A stretch of 64,000 nt of DNA from Phoronis australis. Taxonomy: Eukaryota > Animalia > Phoronida. The notes below the pieces were generated by a model, which searched no databases, was not told the origin of the DNA, and was given only the letters and a program-made list of their open reading frames with translations. A program made the position numbers and the translations under genes. The DNA lies in assembly GCA_002633005.1 (NCBI GenBank), contig NMRA01000385.1, positions 189,839 through 253,838 of the forward strand, in the 5' to 3' direction. Each line of letters opens with the position of its first letter. Within the stretch, counting starts at the first letter, position 1. This document shows positions 36,101-50,000 of the stretch, piece after piece.

Positions 36101-39100
36101 TTTCCGATGACTTCAACTACTGTGGCGCCTCCTAGTGGCAGTTTTGTTTTTTGCGCACATGGCTGTATTTCCTAAACTGTTTGCAGGATCTTTACTAAAC
36201 TTAGCCACTTGATTTATATGATGTTGGTAACAGTTGGCGACGATTTTCGCATGGATCTGACTACCAGTGTGCCCCCTAGTGGCAATTTTAGTTTTTACGT
36301 TTAGCTTTGTATATTCAAAGGTCGTCAATGGAGTTTCATAAAATTTGGAATATAGACATCTATTGGTGAGGTGACGCTAATTAACCTATAGTTTTTGGAT
36401 GGATTGTAGGTATTTTGCACCACGTAGTGGCCATTTTTACTGTTTTCGAGTCTGTTTTTTGGTTCGCACCTCTCTATCAACCAAACCATTCTAATGATGA
36501 TTTTGAAAATTGGATTATTTTTCCTCAGTGTTATGAGGAAGGTTGACGATGGCCACTTCGAATACTATATTGTGCCTCCTAGTGGTAGTTTTGTTTTGCA
36601 CCCATAGCTTATGTCCTAAACCCACTGTAAGGTCTTTATTAAACTTAGTAAGTCTATTTATAGACCTAATTCACGCCGACAGGACGCGAGTTCCTAAACG
36701 AGGCTCACTACGATACCTCTGTTGGCTTATCGGCATAGTTGTATTCTGCGTTCCTCTAATGGCTAGGAAAAATACGGACCCTCTACTGTCTGTTTTACAA
36801 TCTCCCGATAAGGACGCTGAGATTCGGAAGCGTTGAGTCGTTGCCATACGCCGGTATGAAAGAAAAAATGTCCGTGTAAAATTACTTTATAAATGTTTTT
36901 GAAAAGTTCATATTTTGTCGGATCTCAGTTGCCGAGCATCATAGCAACAATCGGAGAATCTTCGGCCAGTCAGGCTGCTCTTTCATGACTACGGGTTGGT
37001 TGAAATATGATGCATTTTTCTTTCCAAAAAGGACAGGGCCCCCAGTTCCTCAATTTCAGGACCGAATTTCGGCTCTATTCCCCTCTCAAAAATATTAAAA
37101 AATCATTCGAAATTCCCCCCAAGAGGCCTAAAAAGTGATTGAAAATTTCTCTCCGAAGTTCAAATCACCTGTAACCACAAAGGTGACAATTTGAAAGAGC
37201 ACAAAGTGCTACTTAAGACATAGCCTATGAGAGCTTGCAACAGGGCGGGGGTCCTACTGATGGTGATCGGGATGAGCTAGATTTTCCCCCTCACTCGACG
37301 AAAACATTCCCCTCTCAGAAGGCACAGGCACCTTTCCCCTCCGATGAATGAGGCCCCTGAAGAAACATGATAACTGCTTGCTCTGTCCAGTTAACTGAAA
37401 TGGAGCTCTAAAACGAGGTTATGCTTTGGTTGAACAAATTAGGTGTTTTAATTTTAAAATTCAACTTGGTTCAGATTGATATTTGAAACCTAATACATGC
37501 AGTAGATGTAAGAATTATTAAAACCAAGAAAGCAGAATTGATGGTCAAATAATTTTTATGTTAATTACGGGCCAGGTTTTTATTTTAATAAAAATATATT
37601 TAATAACATCAATTATTCTTTCAGATCTATGACAAATCAACTGCTAGTCCCTACCTACCAAGGACCTAGGCTATGCTTGATGTTAATATTCTTGATTAAC
37701 AAATTAAACCAGATGCACATGACAGCAAAATGCGATATCTTCAACTCGTGAACAATAAGAGCAGACGAACTGGTTCGTGTAGAAAGCATTTTTATCAACA
37801 ATTTATGTGAAGAAACGTAACCCTGCATTCACCATAATACCTAATCCGTAACACTAAAATCGCCGCAGTTTGGTCATATTTGCTTTTTATGTTTCGAACC
37901 TAGTTTTCCAAAATAATTGGATAATTATTGACACAGTTTTAAGATTTAATATTCAGGTTGGACTCAAAAGACCAGCCATTTAACTCACGCAATGTCGGCA
38001 ACTTCCGCTTTCTTTATCGCAGTGAGCCTCGCTTCAGATTTTAATGTCTGCCACTTGAAATAGGTCTATATGAAGCTAACAATAGACGACAACTTCCAGG
38101 TGGACGCAACTGTGCCTCCTTGTGGCAATTTCATGGCATGTTCCATTTTCAGATAGATTGGACGTTTTGTGCCATCTAGTGGCCATTTTTACGATACAAA
38201 TAAACAACTCTAACAAGTGGTGCATTTGTGGGCGCATATCAACGCTCTTCGCTGCTCTTGTTTTCATTGATGACACATGGCACCATTCTACTGTTATCAA
38301 GATAAGAACTAGCTGGCAGTGTTCTTATAAAGTTACTTGCGTAGTACGCTATGTTGAAAGCCGTGATTTGTTTTGCGGTTTTATTGCAAATCTACAATAC
38401 TCGCCATTGTCTGGCTGACATTTACTGAAATTTAGACCAGTGACTTTACCAGTTTCAATTATCCTTAAACACTGTCATTTATTGACTGCTCGTGAGCAGA
38501 GTGTTTGTCTGCCACAGAGAAGTCTCTAGATTCCTGTGTGTTTGCGTTTGTTTCATGAAAAGTGACTGAAGACAAGATTTAGCCTTATGCTTGGCTTCAC
38601 AAGTGATGAATAAAAAACAACAGTGCTGGTGGTCTGATTTCATTTGCGGTGCATCAGACATGTGCAGGTTTCATGGTTGAGCCCAGTTTGCACCAAACAT
38701 CTGGACTAAAAACAAGAGTCCCATCATGGTCCTTTGTGAAGGAAGCTTTCAAGTCTGCCTGTCTCCTTTAAGAAAATGAACAGGTTTAGCCATATAATTA
38801 TTAGGAGCACAAAAATCTGGAAATAATTTCAGTAACCATTAGTCATGGGAATACTCTCTGAGACTGCACTTTTACTAAACTTCAATAGCTGTATGGAGTG
38901 TAAGACCAGCGTTTCTAAATTCTAAAGGTTCAGTCACTTTTCCTGAAGCAAATTCCTTTGATAATTCATCCAAACACAAGAGTAATTATATCTTTTCTAG
39001 AGTGTCCCCACTTCTTGGGTGGAATCATGACTGGTTTCAATGTCTATTGCGAGCCTCATTTCGACTGCATGGGTCTGACATGTGCTGTCCCTGTTAAGTA

Positions 39101-42100
39101 CATGTGTCTCCAACAATGGGTGAGACTGGATACACGTGTTGACCTCTGTGGGCCAAAGTTGGTCTTCAAAGTTGGGTCTCCGCCTAAACAGAAATCCATG
39201 GAAATGACATTTGCTGGTGAGTATAAGATGCAGTGCACTGTTCTTATGCAGCACTAAGATGTACATGTCAGCCATCTGATTCTCCTGGCTTACAAATGAT
39301 GCAAGCCACTAGAAGACAAAAAGTGGTGTGGTGACTCCTTCCACAGACAGATGTATGTTTCCAGGGAGGCTGGAACACTCTATAAATTGCTGTCAACAAG
39401 CCGTTTTAATGCTTAAGCAGACTTTTCTCCTGTCCACAATATCCTAGATCTGCCATGCCACCCCTGGGCAAAACATGAACATGTGGAGAATTTCTCGCTT
39501 ACACTGGTCACCGCTCTGAGTCCCTTAGCCCCAGACAATTTTTACGATCCATATTCAGAATGCTCTTTATGTAGATCTGAGCTAATGAAGTGGAAAGGTA
39601 ATAGCTAGCACTACTTTCTTAACAATGGTTGTAGTTATTAAACTCAAATCGTTTTTCTCTGGCATTTGCACAGAGTTAAGGCCTGCAATATGGAGATCAG
39701 TTTTAACTTGGTACATTTTAAATACTGGTTTTACAAAAAGACTAAAAAGATAATTTGTGTTGATCTTGACAAAGGGTCAATTCCCAAAGGAACATTGGTT
39801 TTAAATATGTTTCATACCTGTTTTCATTACTTTATTTTAATACTCCTGTCTATTTGCTTTTTTTTCTTACCGGTTAGGGTTGCTATCTTTTTATTTTGTG
39901 TTTAACCAAAGCATCAGTCAGTTAATTGTGAACCCATCCCTGAATTTTCCAGAGTACAGCTACACCTAACATGTCACAGCAAACGAAACTCCTCGTGCCA
40001 TTAGTTCAAGTTCAATCGTTATTAGAACTCAAATCATAAAATATATACAGATATGGTCACGGTGATAGCCAAACTGAAGATTTGGAAACTCTGGACAATT
40101 TTAGTTGCCGTACCTACATAACTATTCTAGCTGTTTTCGCAGTCATAAAAAAATGAAATCACAGCTCTTTCCCACCGACCAATCTCATCCGCTGCTTGCA
40201 CTGTCTCGTTGACTACAAAGCTAGCCATCTTAGTTGTCTTCACAGGTGTTCCATTTCAACTACAAACTGACTATTGAAATTGGCTTATTTCCGCAGTTTT
40301 CAAGTAAGTGTACTACTCCTGGAATAAACTAGTTCGGCATGCACTGGGCCATAAGTGATGTTTTAAAAATTGTTGACTTCTTATTTAGTCACTGTGTGAT
40401 GTTCATTGACATTTCAATGTTGCTTAGTTGTATATTAAAAGAATAATCCAGGTGATATTGTTAACTCTGATCAGCATTTGTAAATCACCGAGTATATCAA
40501 TACGCACAGTCATTTATCTTCAAACGTACCCAATGTTTGTAGTTTATAGCTTAATAGTTCATCGATTTTTAAAAATCGAAAACCAAACTTGGTTGTTTTT
40601 TCCGTCTGAATACAGCTGTGGTATTTGTTTTTAACGAAAACTGTTGGTTAATGCATTTTGAAAATTCGCCAGTATGTACAGGCAGAGATGTTTACTGCAG
40701 TTTATGGTCGGGTAATTACACTTAATTGGGACTTGCTTGCACCGGACAATGCGGTCATCACAACTCTGGCGCAGCGCTCTCTTTGATCCTGGTAAAAGCC
40801 GCTCCGAAGGACGAGCGGTGAAAAGTCACGCATATCTTTAGATTGAAATACATGACTTTTGTGTAAGCGTATTGTTCACGGCATGATATGTGTTGGATCA
40901 TGACATCAAGTCATTGCATAGCCATGCACATGACAGATGAAGCACATTCAATTGTTTTTTACTATATAATGGGAGAACAATGCATGACAAATTAAATAAT
41001 GTTACACATTTAGAAATTAATATTCTCCATCTATTGTTAGTGATTTCAAATATGCATTTCCCAGATTAACTATTGTGTTTTCAAATTGCAAAAGTGACAA
41101 TGTCATTAAAGTTACGACAGAAAATGGAACACTCTGGTCCATTTTGTTCGTGTCCTGCCTAGCAAACATCCTTGTTTGCATAGGTTTATAAATTTCCTAA
41201 TCGCAAGTTATTGATGATGCCACCCTTGAGTATAATGTACCGTTGGAGGTCCTAAAGTCGTGAGTGCCCTAAAGTCGTGAATGATCTTATTTTGGCCTCT
41301 CCGCGCTCCCTGGGATATCTATAGCGTTGAAGTTTCCATTGTTCGTCTGATTACGAACGTCAAACGAATACCCGGACGTGTTGATATTCACAATAAGATA
41401 ATAAACAGTGAGTGGGTGTCTTCTTTTACCAATGTATATTAAACGGCATATTTCACTAATCCACTTTTTGTGCATTTTCAGAATATATTTCTGAAACTAA
41501 GCATCGTTCAGATTTGCCATAATACGCTCTCCACTGGTGGCTTGAACAATGTATCAAAATGGCTTAGGATCGATCAAGTTTCGTTAAGCCAAAGCAATAA
41601 AATACAGAGAGATAACTGATGCTGGTTCCTTAGCGTTTTACGTAAACAACTTCATTGAAAACGTCTGTGCACGTTGGAGTTGGGTGCAAAACACGTATAA
41701 CAATTTATTTCAATTGAAACTGAATTAATAAACTATGCAATGCATTTTTATGTCGTCTAGAGTAACTGTAAGCACTGTAGTTGATTTGTGTGGCCTTATT
41801 CAGTGCATTTCCATCCTAACAAATCGGTCATGATTTTAGGGCCTCATTCAAAATGGCCGGCGATATCGGCGACCGTTTCAAAACTGCTTACAGAGACAAA
41901 CAAGTGTTAAGATTGGCAAAACACTAACATTTGTGAAGGCTGATATATGTCCATGACATCTCTTGAGCAGTTAATTGCTAACGGATATTGGGTAGTATGA
42001 CAATCAGCTGCTTTTTATGCTTATATTCATGACTTTAGGTCACTGGTGTCTATTAGCACTTTAAGAATTAGGTTTTATTGAAAATCTGCAAAAGTGGATG

Positions 42101-45100
42101 GAATCATGTCAAAGCTTCGTATATGGCTTTGACGATGCAGTTGTAATGAGGCAACTGACTACCTTAGTGTCAAAAACACTGCAATGAAAATAAAAAACTA
42201 TCTGTGGGATTCCTGCACCAAAACTAAGTGTATTTGGATGGAGAAGTGATCAGCTATGTTTCAGAGAAGTGGTTCACTTTAAACTGCATCTCGGTAAATA
42301 TACAGCAAATGTATGTACCTCTACCACAGTTAGATAAATGAAACAGCTCCTTTCAATGGATATGTGGAGAATGATTTATCAGTGCATGCTATATGATTGA
42401 GCGTACCCCTTGTGTCGGACTTTGGTACTTCTGGTGTCCTGCCTTATGCACAAGGAAATTCTTTAGCATGTTTGTACATCATAGAGAAATCATGTGTGAT
42501 AACCTACAAGCTTGTCGATCATTCAGCAAATTCGGTAAAATAAGACTAATATCCAAGATAATTCAAACTCTAAAAAAGAAACTAACAATTCCAATCTCAT
42601 AAAACCTAGTAAGTTAAATCCTACTTTATTTGAGGTTGCTCATTTGATTTCCTACAAAATTAGACTATCCCCATTATTTAGGTCAAATTTCCTGTCTATG
42701 TTCATGGAACCGAGTGGAGCAAGATTTATCACTTGCAACTAGCAAACAAAGTGGATCTGAGGTAAAATAAACATATAACAATTCTTAACTCAACCATGCT
42801 GCCATATAATACTAAAATTATCGTTTTAAGAGGTAAAAGTCAATCAGCCAACATTTTTTGCAAAAACTTTAATTATATGCATTTCTATGCGACCAGGTAT
42901 TTTAGAAACAGCATCTGGTCATCTGTCGTTACCTTTGCTTGTCCACTGATTAATCGTTTGACTAGTCATGGTGAAATTGAGAACAAAGTTATATTGGGGT
43001 GTCTTGCCATCAAACTCTTTTGGTGCTGTTATAGGTACTTTTCAATGGTTTGCATTGCTCTTGATTTATTGCACGGGTTCTAAGTTTTTCTGCTTCCGTT
43101 TTATTTCAGAAAAAATCAAAGAGATTGATGTGGATGTGAGCACCACAATGGATGCCATGGTCGCCAAGTTCCAGTTTAATGTGACAGCCAACAGCAGTCA
43201 CATTTTTCTAATTGGCAAGACTCAACTCTGTTCTTCTTTCATGACCACGTGTATCCCCGACACGTTCATCTTCAAGAACATCACGTTCAAGATCCCGCCA
43301 TTTGCTGGCTTGAAATGTAACATCAACAGTGGTACGTTGTCATGTTCTAGATCATCTATCCTCATATCATTCACTTTTGCTGAAAATGCAACATTAACTA
43401 TGTCAAATAGTCATGATAACACTCTACTGTGAGTATTCATGGGCAGAAACAGATTGTGTTTGGGTTCAGGCACACATGGTTAAGATAAATATGTGCATGT
43501 AGTGGTGCACATCATTATGGATTTAATATCAACATGATCCAGTACCGATATTTTCATTGGTACAAAGGGTATTTTTACTGTTATTTCCAAAACGAGAGTA
43601 TGGAAATGAATTTGGCATGTAAAAGTTAGGCTGATGAATGTTTGCATACCTGGGTTATTGGCCTAACTGCACCGTACATTCACCAAACTGCTAAACCCAT
43701 AATTCAAGATGAGACTTGTTCCATAAACCTGTGGCACGTTTAGCTGATTGACGACTTGGGTCATTCCAGTGTTCTCAAAAATGGACTGAATGCTAGTTAT
43801 GGACCAATTGATGGAAGTTGCAGAATGTACTTCATACATCTTAGAGAAACTGTACTTTTCCTTTCTGTATTTTTAATTGCTGTTAGAACGTTGTCCAGTA
43901 CTTGCTTTGTGCAGCCCATTTGCTTTTTGTTACAACATAATATAGGCTTTCAGAAATATGGATATTTGTTATTTTTCACATTTAGTCTCTTTCTTCACTG
44001 GTTATTAATTTTAATGTCTGGATGTTTATGTCACCTTGTCAGTCATGCATGTGTCATTGGGGGATTTTGTTGCCATGCCCCTTTCAGGCGGTGAGTCAGA
44101 CAATGCTTTAAATGCCCGGGGTATGCAAGCTCTACCGTTGGTTGATTTGACGACGGAACTCATTCTGTGTGGAGAGAAGAGCAGTGAGATTATGCGATTG
44201 ATGAACGAGATCCGAGATGCCATAGCCTCCAATGTAAGACATTACCAAGGCATAGTTTCTGTGAAAAATTGGACTTCGACTTTTTACAAATCTACCATTC
44301 AATTATTCATGTTACCATTTCTTTTGAGTAAAGTTCAACAAAAAAGAATGGTACATTTTTAGCAAAACAACTGGATCAACAATTTTTACCTAATTTTATT
44401 TTATGTAAAATTTCAAGATGAGATCTACAGAACCCTGTTACTTTTTTCTAAAATATCATTTTGTTTTCGTTTTAGGCAAATGTTTGAAATGAAAATCATA
44501 AAAGACCAATTTTTGATAGCCACTGATGAAAAAGGGGAACGTTTTAAAAAGAATTCGTACCAATGTTGTAGACAATAGTGCAAATGGCATAGTATCTAAG
44601 AGTTTCTTAATGTATTTCAGAGATATGTTGTTCAAAGTTGACCGAATTTTATTATTTTATAGGGTCCTACACAGCCCTAATGTCATACTTGTGTCTTTCT
44701 AGATGAACATGGTCGAATATCTCGTAACTGCCGTGTTTGGAACAGCAGGGGAATTCCCTGGTGGCTCGGAGTTTTGTCTATCTGGTCAGGTTCCTGTGCC
44801 GACCAAGGACATTACATTCTTTGAATACCAATGGCGATTCATGGCAGGCCCTATTCCAATCAAAGTCGGTGAGTTATTTCATGTCAAGTAAAATTCACAT
44901 TTTATGGGGCATTTTTGTGACAGTGGTGGGATTTTATTATGACGGATGCCACATTCTCAGTACATGCATATCTATCGGTCACACAATGCTGTTGAAGCAC
45001 TTGCTGATACCTTACTTTACATTTTAGTAAAACGAACCTTGAGATGTCTAGTAAGTCTTATTTTCAAATCATTCAAATTTTTCCAGAAGACCCTTTGTGT

Positions 45101-47066
45101 CCGATATTGACCTTGGGGACATGATTGTGTCCATGAACTTTGAACTCTGTTTAAGCCATAATTGAAATGAACTCTACTACGATGACTGTTTTTTTTAACT
45201 GAGCTGTGCTTCTGATTGGCTTGATTTTTGCCTTGGAAAAACATTTAGGCTAGCATTAAAGCAATGGGATTTCGTATATTTTGCAATATTTAAGTATGGG
45301 AGAAAATGATTTTCAACTCAGCCTATCATGCTCAACAATAGTAGGGTTAGTGCTGTCCCTAGACTACACAGACCTCGGTTGGATGTTTACGTCTAGCTAT
45401 TGTTATTGGCAACTTTCGCGCCATTTTGGAATCTCAAAAAGGTTCGTTGCTTTAACTCTTTCACTGCAAAACATGCTTTTCAGCAACTTACCCCATTTCA
45501 GCGTTTTCCTGTTGGTCCCAACTTGTTTGATTCTATTGCCCAACAACAAGTTGGGAAGAGACCCCTGTAGCCAATATCTAACACGACTGGTTGACTCCAT
45601 TCTGACATCCATGGTACGAGGTCCAGCTCTCTTTTGTTCAATAATCGCTGTAATCTCCAATATGATTGTATCTAGCTTAAATTGAGTGGACTCTGCTGTT
45701 TAAAATAAAAGTTATGTTATAACATATTTGAACATAAACCAATAACATTTCTAAATTTCTTGTCAAATGCTGATCATGTCTTAAATTAGTTTTTGAATGA
45801 CCAAAATTGCCATGCTACTATTGAAGTTATGACAATATATTCTTACGTCCGAACATATCAATTTGCTCTGGGTTTGATTGTGTTCACAAGTGGTCTGTCA
45901 TAAGCCTGGTAGATAATTGGCTTGCCTGTTGTCATACCAAACAAAAGACTGTGGTGGGCAGTTAACAAAGGAGCTAGATGTCATCACTAGCTCACAACCT
46001 TCTTCATCTGGTAAAGTCATTGAACGGGAGAATGCCATCATGCATTCACTGCAAAGCACTCCAATTGGCATGTGGGGTATTTGCCTATTTTTACCTAACG
46101 AATCATAAATTTCGTGGCAGATAACTGTTAATTTATTGACATCATATCACAAGATGGCAAGTTTATGTAATCTTGAACAAAAATCAATGGCTTCCAGACT
46201 GTCCTTTCATGAGGGTCAGCCTGCTCAGAGAGGGGTGACTTCCCTTCCACACTGGCAGTTGTCCTCTGTTGATCATGACAAAGGCTTCCTAACCATAGCT
46301 CAATAGTGAGCCAACCACATAACGGTGTTTTACCGTTGCTACCAACTTGTTTGATTCTACAGCCCAACAACAAGTTGGGAAGATCACCCCTGTAGCCAAT
46401 ATCTTAACCACTAATTAATTCCACTCTGGAATTCAAGGTTGGAGGGCCGGCTCTCTTTTGTTCGATAATTGCTCTAATCTTCGATCAGATCGTATCAGCC
46501 TGACTGGGCTGTGCTGCTAAAAATGGAAATTAAGTTATAACATATCTGAACATAAACCAGTAGCATTTCTGAATTCCTTGTCAAATGCTGATCATATTTA
46601 GTTTTTGAATCACCAAAATCTCCCAACTACAACAGAAGTTGAGACAATCTACTCTGCCAGGTTTCAGTAACCCTTTGAAGCCCGGGAGATAATTTGCCTG
46701 CTTGTTGTCATATGGTACAAAAGACTGCTGGGCAGTTAACAAAGGAGCCAGATGTCATCCCGCGATCAGAATTTCTCACGTCTGGAAAAGTTGCGACAGA
46801 ACGCCATCATGAACTGCAAAAATCTCTTGTGCAGTATTACGTAATCATTGACAGGGCCATGATAAGACTATCAGACTAGAATTCACTTATGTAACCATTT
46901 AGGCATCTATTTTTAGTTCCACTCTTCGATTTGCAGTTTGACAGTTTGAACTTGTGGGTAGAGTGCATGATCATTATTGCTGACAAGAAATTCAGACGAG
47001 CATAAACAGCGATGTAACTGACTAATGAACAGAATCGACTCATCAAACTTTGTGATACAAAATAAT

Positions 47067-47097
<31 letters not shown>

Positions 47098-50000
47098 CAC
47101 ACACACACATATTTGTCGTGTGACCGATTATTTGTAATATCCATTGGTGCTCAATGAAGTTCACGTTAATAGTGCGCAAACCAAACACAAAACGACGCAA
47201 CTGCAGGTAGTATATGTAACCCTGGTTTTTTTCTGGGGCAGCACATACTTATGAGTCACCTGTCACTCAAACAGACTTGCGAAATAGCGTTGCAGCCAAT
47301 GATATACTTGTAAATAATGCCTTAGCTCGATTATGAATCGGGGAGTTTATTTGACAATTATAGAACTAATGCTTCATGCGACTGGGTATATTCAATCAAT
47401 AAAAGTTTGGAATTGTTATTCTGAAACATAGCAGCAGGCCAGATCACAATTTAACTGAGGTAGAGCCTACGCAGTTCTAATCACAGAACACCACCACACG
47501 CAAGTGACTGTTCACGTAGCCGGCTACAAGTGCGTTGGCTACTTAGACGCTAAATATGCTTTAATATGAAAGCAGTTCATCCCGATAATCTCAGCCCTTG
47601 CATTCACGGAACTGCTGTTGAAATTTTATCTGTTCTATGTTCACTCCGGCCTGATAACTGAATGCAGTTCGCTCGTGAATAAATTCAATTTCTATTTTAT
47701 GTGCTTAGGCAGATTTAGATCGATCCCGGCTGCGGGCCCAGGTTTCATTTTACAAATCACACGCCATGGGTGGTCAAACGATGCATGAAAGTGACGGGAC
47801 AGGTGGAAACAGAACAACTTCGACAAAAGATTAATAGGTTCACACTCTGTTTTAGATGGTTTCAAAATTCTTAAACTTGGTGCGAGAGAGCTGAAACATT
47901 TCGTGTAGAATACAAAATAGGCTAGTAAATAGAATGTGAGTAGAGAGACAAAGATATAGGGCCTATCTACAACATGAACGTTTTTAACTTTTATGGCACG
48001 ACAAACTTGGATGTGGATTTTTGCATTTCACAAAGTTTGTTTTGACATTGAACAAAATCGTTTTGCCGGTTTGACAAAGCAAAGGTCGGGGCGCCGGGAG
48101 GAAGGTAAGTTGGCCGCAGGTTCACTGAAGAAAATTGAAGTCGTGAACCCGAAATCTGACTTGGTAACACAACGGTCTCATCACCGGTGCTTATTAATTA
48201 GCTGTTAATCCAAATACAAAGCACGACACTGTGGTGATTATGCGATAGTCAGAGAATATACAGTTTATTTGGATAATGAAACCACGGTCAAGCTTGGCAA
48301 ATGTTTCGAGTCCGTAATTACTGCTGTCAAGGAAATGCGATCCAAATCAATAGCTATAGACTCCGAATCGACATGTCCGAAATTTCAAAATTTTTGTTAA
48401 ATTTGACCAATTCCCAAATTTCAGAATCAAAAAAATCAGTTTTGGGTTCAATGAAGTGTCCGAAATTTGTGAGACTGTCCTAAATTTGGGAATTTTTACA
48501 GTATGATTATTTTTGCATGATATGAATTGAAACCGTGTTTTAGATTTGTCAGGTTAGATTGTTTTGATGACAATTGTTATCTGCAGTACCCAAGTGTTGC
48601 ATTTTGAGTCGCAGTATATGTAAATAAAAGGTATAAGTCCATTATCGTTCTTTACAAGTTTATTTATAGAAAACAAATTACAAAAATTGAGAATTCATCC
48701 AAATAGTTTACGCACATGATAGTTAAAAAGAATGTTGTCTAGAAGTATCCACCATCCGAATCTGAGTTAAGGAAAATACTTTTCGTATTATTACTTCTCA
48801 ACTCCATCTTTGGAGTCTTAATCATTTAAGGATATTATACAAAGCTTCCCGTTTGGAGAAAAAAATTTTGTTTTGAAAATGCTTCCGAGTAAGTTCGGAT
48901 GTATTGTTACTCCTAAAAGTGAACTGCACTGTTACTCTCGATTGATTAAGCTTAGTAACAGGGAACAAAGAACTGTACCATCTGAAAGTAGACACGTCCT
49001 ACGTATTATTTTTTCTGGAGTATCCTTAATTCATACCAGTTATTATTGTCTCTCTAATCAGAAATTCTGAGACTCAGCTCAGATGATGCATTGTGTGGAC
49101 TGCGAACTTGAATTCAAAAATAAGTTTACCACTATTAGAATAGATGGCCTTTGCATGGTAAAAAACAAACCAAGTTTGAAAAATAATGTTCTGTTTTGGC
49201 CCCAGCTATTGAATTCATAAAACATCCTTTTGCTATGTACGTTTCAAATGTTTAAACTTCCAACAGCTGCCTTCTTCTATTACTTGGGATATTAGTGTGC
49301 CTCATTCTATTGTGGCAAAATGAAGTGTTATATTTATATGTATACAACTCTGCCAACTGAAATAGGCATAAGTAACTAACCTTGGCTGAAAGTAGTGCTT
49401 TCCCTGCTGATGCAGCTGGGGCTTTAGTAACAGGCAGAGGTATACCCTTTGTTACCCAAGCCTACAGTATAAGTCCACAATAGCCCTTAGTTATGAAAGT
49501 CAATGCAGGCACCATAGAGACAGCTGCACAAAATCAGATAATAGATAATTGGTCCGCAGTGCTTTGCCAGAATGGCTGGCTGTCATTTGTCTATATTTTA
49601 GCTCAAATATAAAAAATATGATTAGGTATTCAACAAGTTAAGTGTGTTTCAACCAAAACCATTTCCACTTACTCACTTAATTTGATTGGCATTGATAAAT
49701 GCAATTCTAAATTATTTAAAGAAATTTGGTGGTGAGTAAGTAATATGTTAATGTCTCCATCTCTTGCAGGGTTGTTGAACTGAGAAGAATGTCTGCAACA
49801 ACTAGCCTAAGCTTATTTTTTGTGTTCTAGAATTTGGAGCCGGTGGTTCTTTTGGAGCCTTCGTGAGTATCAAACTGTGTATAATGAGTATGCGTGTGGA
49901 GGCCACGGCCATCCCATGGTGTGGCGCCAAAGTCTGGGGCTCCGTCGCCATCTCGTTGGGAATCATCGAGGCTGGGGCCAAACTCATTGGATACCTCATC

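Noticed and set aside
37034-37359. Possible hAT MITE (cagggcccc...ggcccctg)
   Set aside because: TIR is very short and no TSD is discernible, so it is not supported enough to list.
38658-38783. Candidate extra exon before exon s
   Set aside because: In-frame stop in the required phase; exons r and s already join in phase.
45403-45660. ORFs within MITE X (also 16508..16792, 45281..45685)
   Set aside because: Frames are not conserved among the four copies and no domain is recognisable.
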